A stretch of 60,557 nucleotides of DNA from Patescibacteria group bacterium. GTDB lineage: Bacteria > Omnitrophota > Gorgyraeia > Gygaellales > Profunditerraquicolaceae. The DNA is taken from contig DATJPV010000001.1 of NCBI GenBank assembly GCA_035506195.1, forward strand, positions 1 through 60,557, given 5' to 3'. The notes below the pieces were generated by a model, which had not been told where the DNA came from, made no database searches, and was given only the letters and a program-made list of their open reading frames with translations. Positions 18,613 to 26,909 of the stretch are shown here, piece by piece; the stretch's first letter is position 1; the number at the start of each line of letters is the position of its first letter. The position numbers and the translations under genes were made by a program.

Positions 18613-19608
18613 CTATGCTCCCAATTTCAGAATGCGCGCTTTGTCAATATCGCAAATCCCGAAGCCTCGCTCAAAGGCATGCGCCAGGTAAGGTATTGAC
18701 CGGGGATCGACATCGACCAGACGGCAGGCATAGGAATCCGCCAATACCGAATCTACCGATGCCAGTATTGTCTTCTTTTCTACCACATCGCCTACGTCTC
18801 CGCCGGTGGGGCCGTTACGCACCAAAACCCGGAAGGCATCGATGACAGTCAGCTCGGGCTTTAAAAAATCAGTCAAGTCGACCAGTTTTCTGCCGATATC
18901 CTGGTGCATGAGCCCGCGGTTTCCCAGGCATACCCCCATCAGGTTTTTCATCGACAGGGTAAGCCCGGTTAAGCCGTGGTGTTTAAGGACGGGCACATTG
19001 ATGAGCGTGTCGCAGGAGAGCGCATCTTTGAGTATGGGCCAGTTTTCCAAGGGGCTTGGGTAGGCGAATCTTGCCTCAGTGCTGTTCCATTCTTCGGGGA
19101 AATAGACGCTGGCCCCCTTGTCCTGCGCGGCTTTCTGGATGCCGCTGTTTTCATAGGATCTCCGGGGGTCATTACACGTTATGTCAAAGACATTGACTTT
19201 TTTTGCCCCCGCCTTAAACGCCAATTCAACCAGGGCTGCCACTACCAGCGGATTGGTGTTCGCCGCCTGCTCAGGGGTCCGATCCCAGCCCATATTCGGC
19301 TTGATAAGCACCGCGTCATTCTTTCTGACAAACCTGCCCATCCCTCCCATGGCCTCTATTGCCCGCACCGTCATCGCATAAGGATCATGGCCGCCAACCG
19401 CTACTAAATCGTAATTGGCATGAATGGTCCTTTTGCTCCTGCCGGAAGCGCCGGAAGGCTGCGCACCAAGGGGTTTCAAAAAATACCTGTACGCAGGAAG
19501 CAGGGCCAATCCGGAAATGCACAATTTGATGAATTGTCCACGCGACATGCGTTTACGCGTACACCTCTCAAGCAGGAGTTTGAAGCGGTCCATGCGCCCT
19601 CCCCGCAA
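18613..19608 (-). CDS. DUF362 domain protein with an N-terminal export-signal-like region
   Basis: DUF362 core: VLIKPNMGWDRTPEQAANTNPLVVAALVELAFKAGAKKVNVFD...VPVLKHHGLTGLTLSMKNLMG. The N-terminus is ..RKRMSRGQFIKLCISGLALLPA. The start is uncertain: ATGs occur at 19608, 19593 and 19548, and the last one lies after the tatC stop. Confidence 0.75.
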   Translation of the reverse strand: MRGGRMDRFKLLLERCTRKRMSRGQFIKLCISGLALLPAYRYFLKPLGAQPSGASGRSKRTIHANYDLVAVGGHDPYAMTVRAIEAMGGMGRFVRKNDAVLIKPNMGWDRTPEQAANTNPLVVAALVELAFKAGAKKVNVFDITCNDPRRSYENSGIQKAAQDKGASVYFPEEWNSTEARFAYPSPLENWPILKDALSCDTLINVPVLKHHGLTGLTLSMKNLMGVCLGNRGLMHQDIGRKLVDLTDFLKPELTVIDAFRVLVRNGPTGGDVGDVVEKKTILASVDSVLADSYACRLVDVDPRSIPYLAHAFERGFGICDIDKARILKLGA

Positions 19609-20299
19609 AGAAAGATACCCAGATGGTTACTTCGTATAACGCGAGCATCGGTACAGCAAGCAATAACATATTGAATGCGTCCGTGGTGGGGGTGATGACT
19701 GCGGAAACGACGCTTATGATCACGACGGCGAAACGGAACTGCCGCCTCAAAAAGCGGGCGTTCACCAGGCCTGCCCGGGTCAAGATGAATCCTGCGATGG
19801 GCATCTGAAAAATGACGCCCGTATACAGCATGCAATTGGTTATAAATGCGATGTAATTCGTGGCGGATATGACCGGCTGCAGGCCGGCGCCGGCAACACC
19901 CATAAGGAACTTCAGCGCCGCAGGCAGCATCAGGAAATAGGCAAAACAACACCCTGCCAGGAACATCGCGGCCCCTGCGCCAATGAAGGCGGAGGCGTAC
20001 TTTCTATGCCTCAGGGCAACGGCGGGAGACAAAAATAACCACGCCTGCTGCAGGATGATCGGCATGGTTACCAGGATCGCGCAGAAAAAACTAATGCGCA
20101 TGTAAACCAAAAGGGCCTCTTCGGGAGAAAAGTAAACGAGCTTCTCGATAAGCCCTGCGGCTGGCAGCTGTAACAGGCCTAAAAGTCTACCTGCCAGAGG
20201 GAAACAAACCGCTACGGCTACTACTAAAGAAATGACGCATACAAGTATGCGTCTGCGTAATTCTTCAAGGTGTTCGACGATAGTCAAATGGCGATCCAT
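19568..20299 (-). CDS. tatC: Twin-arginine translocase subunit TatC
   Basis: 243 aa with the characteristic N-terminus LTIVEHLEELRRRIL and six TM segments. It lies immediately downstream of tatA. Confidence 0.9.
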   Translation of the reverse strand: MDRHLTIVEHLEELRRRILVCVISLVVAVAVCFPLAGRLLGLLQLPAAGLIEKLVYFSPEEALLVYMRISFFCAILVTMPIILQQAWLFLSPAVALRHRKYASAFIGAGAAMFLAGCCFAYFLMLPAALKFLMGVAGAGLQPVISATNYIAFITNCMLYTGVIFQMPIAGFILTRAGLVNARFLRRQFRFAVVIISVVSAVITPTTDAFNMLLLAVPMLALYEVTIWVSFFAGRAHGPLQTPA

Positions 20300-20352
20300 A
20301 TATGCCGCATCCGGGGCGTAGGCGGGCAGACCTTAAAGGTCTCTGCAGGAGG

Positions 20353-20529
20353 TTATTGTTTTTTTTCCTCAGAGGCGTCGCCGTCTGTTTCCTTAAGGGA
20401 GTTTTTGAATTCCTTGATGGTCCGACCCAACGCCCTGCCGATCTCGGGCAGCTTGGCCGCCCCAAAAACCAAGAGGCAGATAAGAAAGATGACCAAAAGT
20501 TCAGGCAGGCCTATACCGAATATTCTCAT
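20353..20529 (-). CDS. tatA: Twin-arginine translocase subunit TatA/E
   Basis: The start is refined to the ATG at 20527-20529, preceded by TAAGGAGGT. The product [42 protein letters not shown] has the canonical TatA TM helix plus amphipathic helix. Confidence 0.9.
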   Translation of the reverse strand: MRIFGIGLPELLVIFLICLLVFGAAKLPEIGRALGRTIKEFKNSLKETDGDASEEKKQ

Positions 20530-20580
20530 GCGTACCTCCTTAAGGATCAATTGTAGCACAGAAAAGGCCAGAATGAAGCG

Positions 20581-21087
20581 CTATTTCATACCGAAGCGCC
20601 CCAGCACGTCGTCCCATATCTGGCATATCCGGCTGATGTAGTCCGTGTGACGCTGGCTGCTCTCACTGCGGGCAAGATAGCGCCTGGTCTCGGCAATAAT
20701 GAGCTCATCCGGAAGCGCGTCAATGAACGAAAACATCTTGTTCTTATCCCATGAGCTTAGCTGCTGAAGGAACTCTTCTTTGCGCATGTGCTCTTTCAAG
20801 CCATACTGTTCCATCAGGCGCGGATACTGCCGTATTGTCTGATACGCCCTATCGTATGTGCGGATGAACTTTTGATTATCCAAAGCCCCTACCTTCTCCA
20901 CTAACTGGTCTTTCTCCTGGGTCGAGATAAAAGCCTTGGCCAGCGTTTTGACGGTTGACACAATAAGCGCATTCTGCAGATCGGGCTTTTGAGGATAGGG
21001 GAGTTGTTGTTCCGATGCCGCGCAGGCGCCTGGCGTGGACAACACACCGCTACCTGCTACAAGGAAAAGGCACAGAAGAATGGTCAC
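20581..21087 (-). CDS. Hypothetical secreted protein (signal-peptide-like N-terminus)
   Basis: 168 aa with a hydrophobic N-terminus LLCLFLVAGSGVLSTPGACAAS and no recognisable domain. It starts with GTG. Coding is inferred from its operon position and length. Confidence 0.45.
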   Translation of the reverse strand: MTILLCLFLVAGSGVLSTPGACAASEQQLPYPQKPDLQNALIVSTVKTLAKAFISTQEKDQLVEKVGALDNQKFIRTYDRAYQTIRQYPRLMEQYGLKEHMRKEEFLQQLSSWDKNKMFSFIDALPDELIIAETRRYLARSESSQRHTDYISRICQIWDDVLGRFGMK

Positions 21088-21115
21088 GGTTAAAAAGGCA
21101 ATCCCGTAGAAACGC

Positions 21116-21508
21116 TTAGCGCTTCTTAGGCATTAATCCGTATAGGACATCCCGCTGAGAGGCGATACCGACGAGCTTGCCGTTATCCATGATCGGCAGG
21201 TGTCTGAATTTAATATGACAGAGGGTCTGATAGATCTTGTCGAGTCCCTCTTTGAATTCCGCGGTAACGACATTGGTCGTCATAAAATCCTTGGCCTTGA
21301 CATGCTCAGAGGATACCCCTCGGGCTACCACGCGCCTGGTAATGTCGCGCTCGCTGACGATACCGACAAGCTTCTCCCCCCTGAGAATGACTACCGCACC
21401 GATATTGTTTTCCTCCATAAGGCGGGCGATGTCTATAGCTGTTGCGTCTTCATGGGCCACGACAACACCCCTGGAAATTATCATGCTGAATGCTCGTTGC
21501 TTTTGCAT
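21116..21508 (-). CDS. CBS-pair domain protein
   Basis: 130 aa with two CBS motifs (GAVVILRGEKLVGIVSERDI; HLPIMDNGKLVGIASQRDV). A GGAGGG SD lies 4 nt upstream of the ATG. Confidence 0.85.
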   Translation of the reverse strand: MQKQRAFSMIISRGVVVAHEDATAIDIARLMEENNIGAVVILRGEKLVGIVSERDITRRVVARGVSSEHVKAKDFMTTNVVTAEFKEGLDKIYQTLCHIKFRHLPIMDNGKLVGIASQRDVLYGLMPKKR

Positions 21509-21541
21509 TATCCCTCCTTTTTAAAACGCAAATCTATGCCT

Positions 21542-21970
21542 TTATTTGAAACAGGCGCTGATTAAATCTCTTTTGCCGACAACACCGACTAATTTGCCGT
21601 TACGGGTCACAGGGATCGTATGTACCTTGCGGTCAAACATCAAGCGCATGACTTCATCGATAGGAGAGCTCTCATCCAGCACAAGGACTTCCTTGGTCAT
21701 AATGCTTTTGACCTTAGCTTCTGCTTTCTCCTTTTCGAACATGTCGCTCAACTTTATCTCGGGGACCCTGCGCTCTATTTCCTTCCAATGATAGATTTGA
21801 TCAAGGATCCTGAGCATATCGGTGAGGGTGATGACGCCGACGACGGCGCCGTCTTTGTCGACCACCGGCAACCCGCTGACCCTGTCGCGTTTCAGGATCG
21901 CTCCAACTTCCTTCAATGAGGTTTCCGGAGAAATGGTGATTACATCGGTTGTCATTATATCCTTAAGCAT
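21542..21970 (-). CDS. CBS-pair domain protein
   Basis: 142 aa with two CBS motifs (GLPVVDKDGAVVGVITLTDM; TIPVTRNGKLVGVVGKRDL). A GGAGGTG SD lies 5 nt upstream. Confidence 0.85.
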   Translation of the reverse strand: MLKDIMTTDVITISPETSLKEVGAILKRDRVSGLPVVDKDGAVVGVITLTDMLRILDQIYHWKEIERRVPEIKLSDMFEKEKAEAKVKSIMTKEVLVLDESSPIDEVMRLMFDRKVHTIPVTRNGKLVGVVGKRDLISACFK

Positions 21971-22047
21971 TACGCACCTCCGTGTGATGGGCTGCTGTGG
22001 CCCTGCGCATCTTTAAAAACTGAAGCTGTTTCTCGTTGCTATACAAC

Positions 22048-22076
22048 ATTTTATACTGTCTTACCGACTTTTTCAA
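22048..22076 (-). promoter_or_regulatory. Candidate sigma70-type promoter for the CBS-CBS-tatAC... transcription unit
   Basis: The minus strand reads TTGAAA-N17-TAAAAT. It sits directly after the terminator-like hairpin and about 75 nt upstream of the CBS gene start. Confidence 0.35.
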
Positions 22077-22079
22077 GAG

Positions 22080-22114
22080 AAAAAAATAGCTACATCCGGC
22101 TCACCTTCCGGATG
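22080..22114 (-). terminator. Candidate intrinsic terminator downstream of folE
   Basis: The minus strand has a 7-bp stem CATCCGG/CCGGATG with an 8-nt loop. TAGCTA and a run of seven T follow. Confidence 0.4.
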
Positions 22115-22201
22115 AAGAAATACAGCAATACGGCATTCGCGCAGATGAACACCGTGATAATCGCCGCCAAAAGTCGTTGTGTCTTATTCATCGATTAGAC
22201 G

Positions 22202-22759
22202 CTAGGATCGCATCAGCGCCAGTGTTTCGGAGCGCGTTTTTTCGTTCTCCTTGAACACCCCCCGGACTACCGAGGTTACGGTAAGGGTGCCTGGCTTTTT
22301 AACCCCCCGCATAGACATACACATGTGTTCGGCCTCGATAACCACCATACACCCCTGGGGCCGCAGCTTCGACATGATAATCTCTGCGATTTGAGTCGTC
22401 AGCCTCTCCTGGACCTGAGGGCGCCTGGCTAAGATATCCACCACCCGAGCCAGTTTGCTTAAACCTGTAACGCGGCCCTGCTTGGGAATATAGGCGACGT
22501 GTGCCCTGCCGACAAAAGGAAGCAAGTGATGCTCGCACATGCTATAGAGCGGGATACCCTTCAGCAGGATAATCTCGTCGTGCTTCTGGTCAAGTATGAC
22601 CTCCAGCTCTTTTTCGGGGCTCTGCCTGATCCCCGCAAAGATCTCTTCATACATCTCAGCTACGCGACGGGGCGTCTGCTGAATGTCGCCGCGTTGAAGG
22701 TCTTCGCCGATTGCCTCCAGGATCACGCGAATCGCTTTTTCGATTTTCTTCCTGTCCAT
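22202..22759 (-). CDS. folE: GTP cyclohydrolase I
   Basis: Contains [35 protein letters not shown] and [23 protein letters not shown]. The track start at 22780 is a TTG; the ATG at 22757-22759 is preceded by GGAGG, so I prefer it. Confidence 0.93.
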   Translation of the reverse strand: MDRKKIEKAIRVILEAIGEDLQRGDIQQTPRRVAEMYEEIFAGIRQSPEKELEVILDQKHDEIILLKGIPLYSMCEHHLLPFVGRAHVAYIPKQGRVTGLSKLARVVDILARRPQVQERLTTQIAEIIMSKLRPQGCMVVIEAEHMCMSMRGVKKPGTLTVTSVVRGVFKENEKTRSETLALMRS

Positions 22760-22769
22760 ACTGCCTCCG

Positions 22770-24152
22770 CTATTTGCCAACGCAAAATTCTGCGAAAATC
22801 CTGTCTAAGACATCTTCCGAGAACTGCGTGCCCAGTATCACATCAAGATGCCCAAGGGCATCCCGGATATCCTGCGCGATGAACTCTCCGGATAGCTTAT
22901 TATCTAACGAAGTGAGTGCGCCTGCAATAAATTTTTGCGCGCGCTTTAGCTGCTCGATGTGCCGCTGATGGGCAACCAGCGCCGGCTCGGGAACCGTTGC
23001 GCCTCCTGCGCAGGCGCACGTTACGATCGCCTCTTCCAGCGCATCGATATGCAGGCGCTTCTTTGCCGACAGTAAAACCGGCTCCCCCAGTAACGCGCTG
23101 ATCCTTTCTTTTTCTATGTGCCCAACAAGATCGATCTTGTTCAACACGGGAATAACCCGCTTATTTTTTACCCGGCGGATGATGAATTCGTCTTCTACTT
23201 TGAGTTTCTTGCTGGCATCGAATACCAGAATCACTATATCTGCGGCGGCGATATAGTCTTTTGAGCGCCGAATAGCTTTTTTTTCGATCAGGTCCCGGGG
23301 TTCGATGATCCCCGCAGTATCGGCAATCCGGACAGGCACGCCCCGTATATCGATGATCTCTTCGATGGCGTCGCGGGTGGTGCCGGCGATCGAGGTAACG
23401 ATAGAGCGCTCCTGCCGCAAGAGGGCGTTCAACAGAGAAGACTTACCGGTGTTGGGACGGCCGCAGATAACCGCTTTCAGCCCTTCGCGCAATATCCTGC
23501 CGTAAGGAGCCTGACGCAGGAGGCCCTGGATACGGCCCTCTGCCGCAGTCAGTTTGGTAAGCATCTGTTGCATATGCAACGCCGCAATGCCTTCGTCGGG
23601 AAAATCAATGTCAGCTTCCAGATGCGCCAGTATCTCCAGCAGTTCGCCGCGGATCGCGCAGAGTTGTTGCGATAATAAGCCTTTCAGTTGCTGCATACCC
23701 AGGGCCAATGCCGCATCCGTCTTGGCTTTGATCACATCCAGGACCGCTTCGGCCTGGGCCAGGTCGATCCTGCCGTTTAAGAATGCCCGCTTGGTAAACT
23801 CTCCGGGCTGGGCCAGGCGGCAGCCGTTCTCCAGGGCCAATTCCAGCACCTTGCGCAAAGGCACAATCCCGCCGTGACAATTGATTTCAACTATATCTTC
23901 CCGAGTATACGACCCGGGGGCGCGCATGATGGTCAGAATGACTTCATCAATGATCTTGCCGCCGGAAGAAATCCACCCGTAATGCAGGGTATGGCTCTTG
24001 AAATCCGAAGGCCTGCCTCCCTTGCGCGCAACGAATATCTTGCCTGCGACGGAAAGGGCGTCCTTGCCGCTTAAACGCACGATGCCGATGCCGGATTCGC
24101 CAGCAGAGGTTGCGACCGCCGCGATGGTATCGTCAAGGCCGTATGATTTCAT
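22770..24152 (-). CDS. mnmE: tRNA modification GTPase MnmE (TrmE)
   Basis: N-terminus [19 protein letters not shown]-domain [14 protein letters not shown] / DTAGI, and the C-terminal FCVGK tetrapeptide. Confidence 0.93.
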   Translation of the reverse strand: MKSYGLDDTIAAVATSAGESGIGIVRLSGKDALSVAGKIFVARKGGRPSDFKSHTLHYGWISSGGKIIDEVILTIMRAPGSYTREDIVEINCHGGIVPLRKVLELALENGCRLAQPGEFTKRAFLNGRIDLAQAEAVLDVIKAKTDAALALGMQQLKGLLSQQLCAIRGELLEILAHLEADIDFPDEGIAALHMQQMLTKLTAAEGRIQGLLRQAPYGRILREGLKAVICGRPNTGKSSLLNALLRQERSIVTSIAGTTRDAIEEIIDIRGVPVRIADTAGIIEPRDLIEKKAIRRSKDYIAAADIVILVFDASKKLKVEDEFIIRRVKNKRVIPVLNKIDLVGHIEKERISALLGEPVLLSAKKRLHIDALEEAIVTCACAGGATVPEPALVAHQRHIEQLKRAQKFIAGALTSLDNKLSGEFIAQDIRDALGHLDVILGTQFSEDVLDRIFAEFCVGK

Positions 24153-25485
24153 TTCGGAACTCTCCCACGAGAAATAAAGAACCGCATACCAGTATCACAT
24201 CTCCCGGAGCGGCCAGGCGCAACGCCGCATGCATGGCCTCCGTGACATTGGCGGTTATGCGGACAGGCTTGGTCGTAAAGAAACGCGCCAGTATGCCGGG
24301 CGCGCAGGCGCGGGGATTGTCGGCAGCCGTAACCAAGACCTCATCCGCGATGCCGGATAAGACCGTACAAATCCCTTTAATATCCTTATCGCTGGAGATG
24401 CCCAGCACGAGGATGAGCTTTTTATAGTTAAAATTCTCCTTGACCGCTTTCACCAGGACTTGACTGGAAGCGACGTTCTGGGCTCCGTCCAAAACGACCA
24501 GGGGCTTGCGACGGACAACCTCGCAACGGCCGGGCCATTGTGCGGCGTAGATACCGTCTCGTATCGCATCACCGGAGACGATAAAAGAGAAGGCGTGTAG
24601 TGATTCAACCAGCCCTAAAGCCACGCAGGCGTTGATGCGTTGATGCGCGCCAAGCAACTGAATGCGCAGCCTAGGATACGTCTGCCGGAGCCCTTTTGCC
24701 GTAAAGCCGTCTTTGGCGCAGCGGCAGGCGATATCCCTGCCTACCGTATACAGGCGCGCAGACATGCGGCTGCATGTCTTGCGGATAACCTCCATGGCCT
24801 GGGGCCGCTGCGGCGCACTGATGACGCTTAAGGGATAGCCGAGCCGCCTTTGCGCTTTGATGATACCGGCTTTCTCAGCGGCAATCTTTGCCAGGGTGTT
24901 CCCTAGTTTCTGGGTATGCTCGTAACTAATCGGCGTGATGGCGCAGGCCAGGGGATTAACTACATTGGTGGCGTCAAGCCTGCCGCCCATTCCGGTTTCC
25001 AGAACCACGATATCGGTTTTCTGTTTTTTAAAATACAGGAACGCCAGGGCGGTATATATCTCAAAAAAAGAAAGCGGCCCATACCGGCAGGCGGCGTTAA
25101 AGCGCCTGACCGAAGGCCTCAGCCGGCTTACCAGCTCGACCAAAGCCGTGCGGGGGATCATCCCTTCGAACTCCGTTACCCCCTGCCTGTGCGAACGGGG
25201 CTGCAAAATCCTGATCCGCTCGCGAAAATCCGTCAAGTGCGGAGAAGTATATAACCCTGTGCGATAACCGGCCTGCCGCAATACATACGCCGTAAACGCG
25301 CAGGTTGAGCCCTTGCCTTTTGTCCCGGCAATGTGGACGCAGCGCAATGATTCATGAGGATCCCCTATGGTCTTCAAGAAACCCCTGAACCGTTCCAGCC
25401 TCAGAGACTCCGCATACGACCAGGAAACAGCCTTTTCGTAGTCAATGAACGATTCTAGGTACCGTATGGCTTGCCGGTAGGTCAC
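24133..25485 (-). CDS. folC: Folylpolyglutamate synthase / dihydrofolate synthase
   Basis: Mur-ligase P-loop HIAGTKGKGST within a typical FolC layout of 450 aa. The GTG start lies 3 nt after the upstream stop. Confidence 0.88.
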   Translation of the reverse strand: MTYRQAIRYLESFIDYEKAVSWSYAESLRLERFRGFLKTIGDPHESLRCVHIAGTKGKGSTCAFTAYVLRQAGYRTGLYTSPHLTDFRERIRILQPRSHRQGVTEFEGMIPRTALVELVSRLRPSVRRFNAACRYGPLSFFEIYTALAFLYFKKQKTDIVVLETGMGGRLDATNVVNPLACAITPISYEHTQKLGNTLAKIAAEKAGIIKAQRRLGYPLSVISAPQRPQAMEVIRKTCSRMSARLYTVGRDIACRCAKDGFTAKGLRQTYPRLRIQLLGAHQRINACVALGLVESLHAFSFIVSGDAIRDGIYAAQWPGRCEVVRRKPLVVLDGAQNVASSQVLVKAVKENFNYKKLILVLGISSDKDIKGICTVLSGIADEVLVTAADNPRACAPGILARFFTTKPVRITANVTEAMHAALRLAAPGDVILVCGSLFLVGEFRNEIIRP

Positions 25486-25488
25486 GTC

Positions 25489-26859
25489 TTACTGTAGATA
25501 ACCCAGGGCCTTAAGCTGTTCTCTGGAGGATTCTTCCAGGGGAGTGCGCGCAACCCAAACAGGCCTGCGTTTCCAATACGCCTCCAGCAGGTTTCGCAAG
25601 GAATCGAATACCTCCCCCTGCCTATCTACCAGGTTCACCGACTCTTGCGGGTCGTCTTGCACGTCATAGAGCTCATACACGACAGACTTGGCGGTATCAG
25701 AACGGATCAGCTTCCACCGCGCGGTCCGTATCGCGGTTTTTTCGTGCGTCGTATCATGGATCGTAAACCAGCCCGAAGGCTTCTGGTTGCCGAAAATAAG
25801 CCCAACAAGGCTGCGGCCGTCAAATGACAAGCCGGTTTTAATCCGCAGCATGTCCAGGACTGTCGGCGCTATATCCACAGAAGCCCCTACGGGCTCCTGT
25901 ATATCTTGCCTTTTAACCGAGGGGCATGTTTTGATGATCAGGGGGACTTTCAACAGGGGCTCATAAAGAAAGATCCCATGGCCAAAATAATAGCCGTGTT
26001 CCCCCAACAATTCCCCGTGATCCGCGCTAATGATTATAACGGTGTTATCGTATAAACCGAGGTCTTTTAACTTTCCGATAAGCAGCTTTAATTGCGCGTC
26101 AAAAAAACGGATGGCAGCATCGTATTGTGCGATATAAAAATCAGGGTTATCTATCCCGTTGATATAGACATGCGGGGGGATGCTTTGTACTCCGTAGCCG
26201 GAAACATTGCCTTGCGCGGCGGGTAAATGCTTTCCGGGATCAAAGAAGGCATCGTTTAAAAACAAATCCAGGTATGCCCTGGGGGCAAGATACGGCGCGT
26301 GCGTACCCATATAGTGCAGCCACATAAAGAACTTTTTATGTTTTAAACCTCCCAGTTCTGAAATGGCGAATTGCATAACTGCCCGTTTTGAGAACTCACC
26401 GGTCGAACAGAAATCGAACCCTCTCCCCAGATCATACAGGCCTCTGTAGAAAAGATTGCCGCCGATAAAGATCGTCTTGTATCCGTTTTGTTGCAGTATC
26501 TCGGCAAGGGTCGGTAACTGCGGATTTAACAGGTATTCAAAGCCTTTGAGATGATGCCGGGCGTAATAACTGCCGGTCGCAATAGCGCCCATCGAGCCGG
26601 GGGTGTAGGAGGCGTGCGAAGCTGCCTGCGTAAATAACACTGCTTCTTTTTTGACGAGACTATCCAGGAAGGGGGAGGTGTTGCGTTTGTATCCGTAACA
26701 GCCTAAATGGTCGGCCCGGAGGGCATCGGCGGTAATCAGGATAACATTGCGTTGCCTAAAGCCTGCCGCTTGACGCAGGACGTAGAGCCGCACACCAATA
26801 CCTGCCAACACACATACTGCGATACAAAGAGAAACTGTCTTTATGTTTTTGGCGTTCAT
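25489..26859 (-). CDS. Sulfatase-fold (alkaline phosphatase superfamily) hydrolase/transferase with an N-terminal TM anchor, lacking the formylglycine motif
   Basis: Contains ILITADALRADHLGCYGY and IIISADHGE. Where sulfatases carry C/S-x-P-x-R, the sequence is SYTPGSMGAIATGSY. Confidence 0.75.
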   Translation of the reverse strand: MNAKNIKTVSLCIAVCVLAGIGVRLYVLRQAAGFRQRNVILITADALRADHLGCYGYKRNTSPFLDSLVKKEAVLFTQAASHASYTPGSMGAIATGSYYARHHLKGFEYLLNPQLPTLAEILQQNGYKTIFIGGNLFYRGLYDLGRGFDFCSTGEFSKRAVMQFAISELGGLKHKKFFMWLHYMGTHAPYLAPRAYLDLFLNDAFFDPGKHLPAAQGNVSGYGVQSIPPHVYINGIDNPDFYIAQYDAAIRFFDAQLKLLIGKLKDLGLYDNTVIIISADHGELLGEHGYYFGHGIFLYEPLLKVPLIIKTCPSVKRQDIQEPVGASVDIAPTVLDMLRIKTGLSFDGRSLVGLIFGNQKPSGWFTIHDTTHEKTAIRTARWKLIRSDTAKSVVYELYDVQDDPQESVNLVDRQGEVFDSLRNLLEAYWKRRPVWVARTPLEESSREQLKALGYLQ

Positions 26860-26909
26860 ACGAATGGCAGAAAGCTAAAACCAGCACCGGCTGAGAGGCG
26901 ACAGAAGGA

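Noticed and set aside
18613-19608. Canonical Tat signal on the DUF362 protein.
   Set aside because: The motif is S-R-G-Q-F-I-K, with Gly in place of the second Arg. I describe it only as an export-signal-like N-terminus. The convincing RR motif lies in the neighbouring polyferredoxin.
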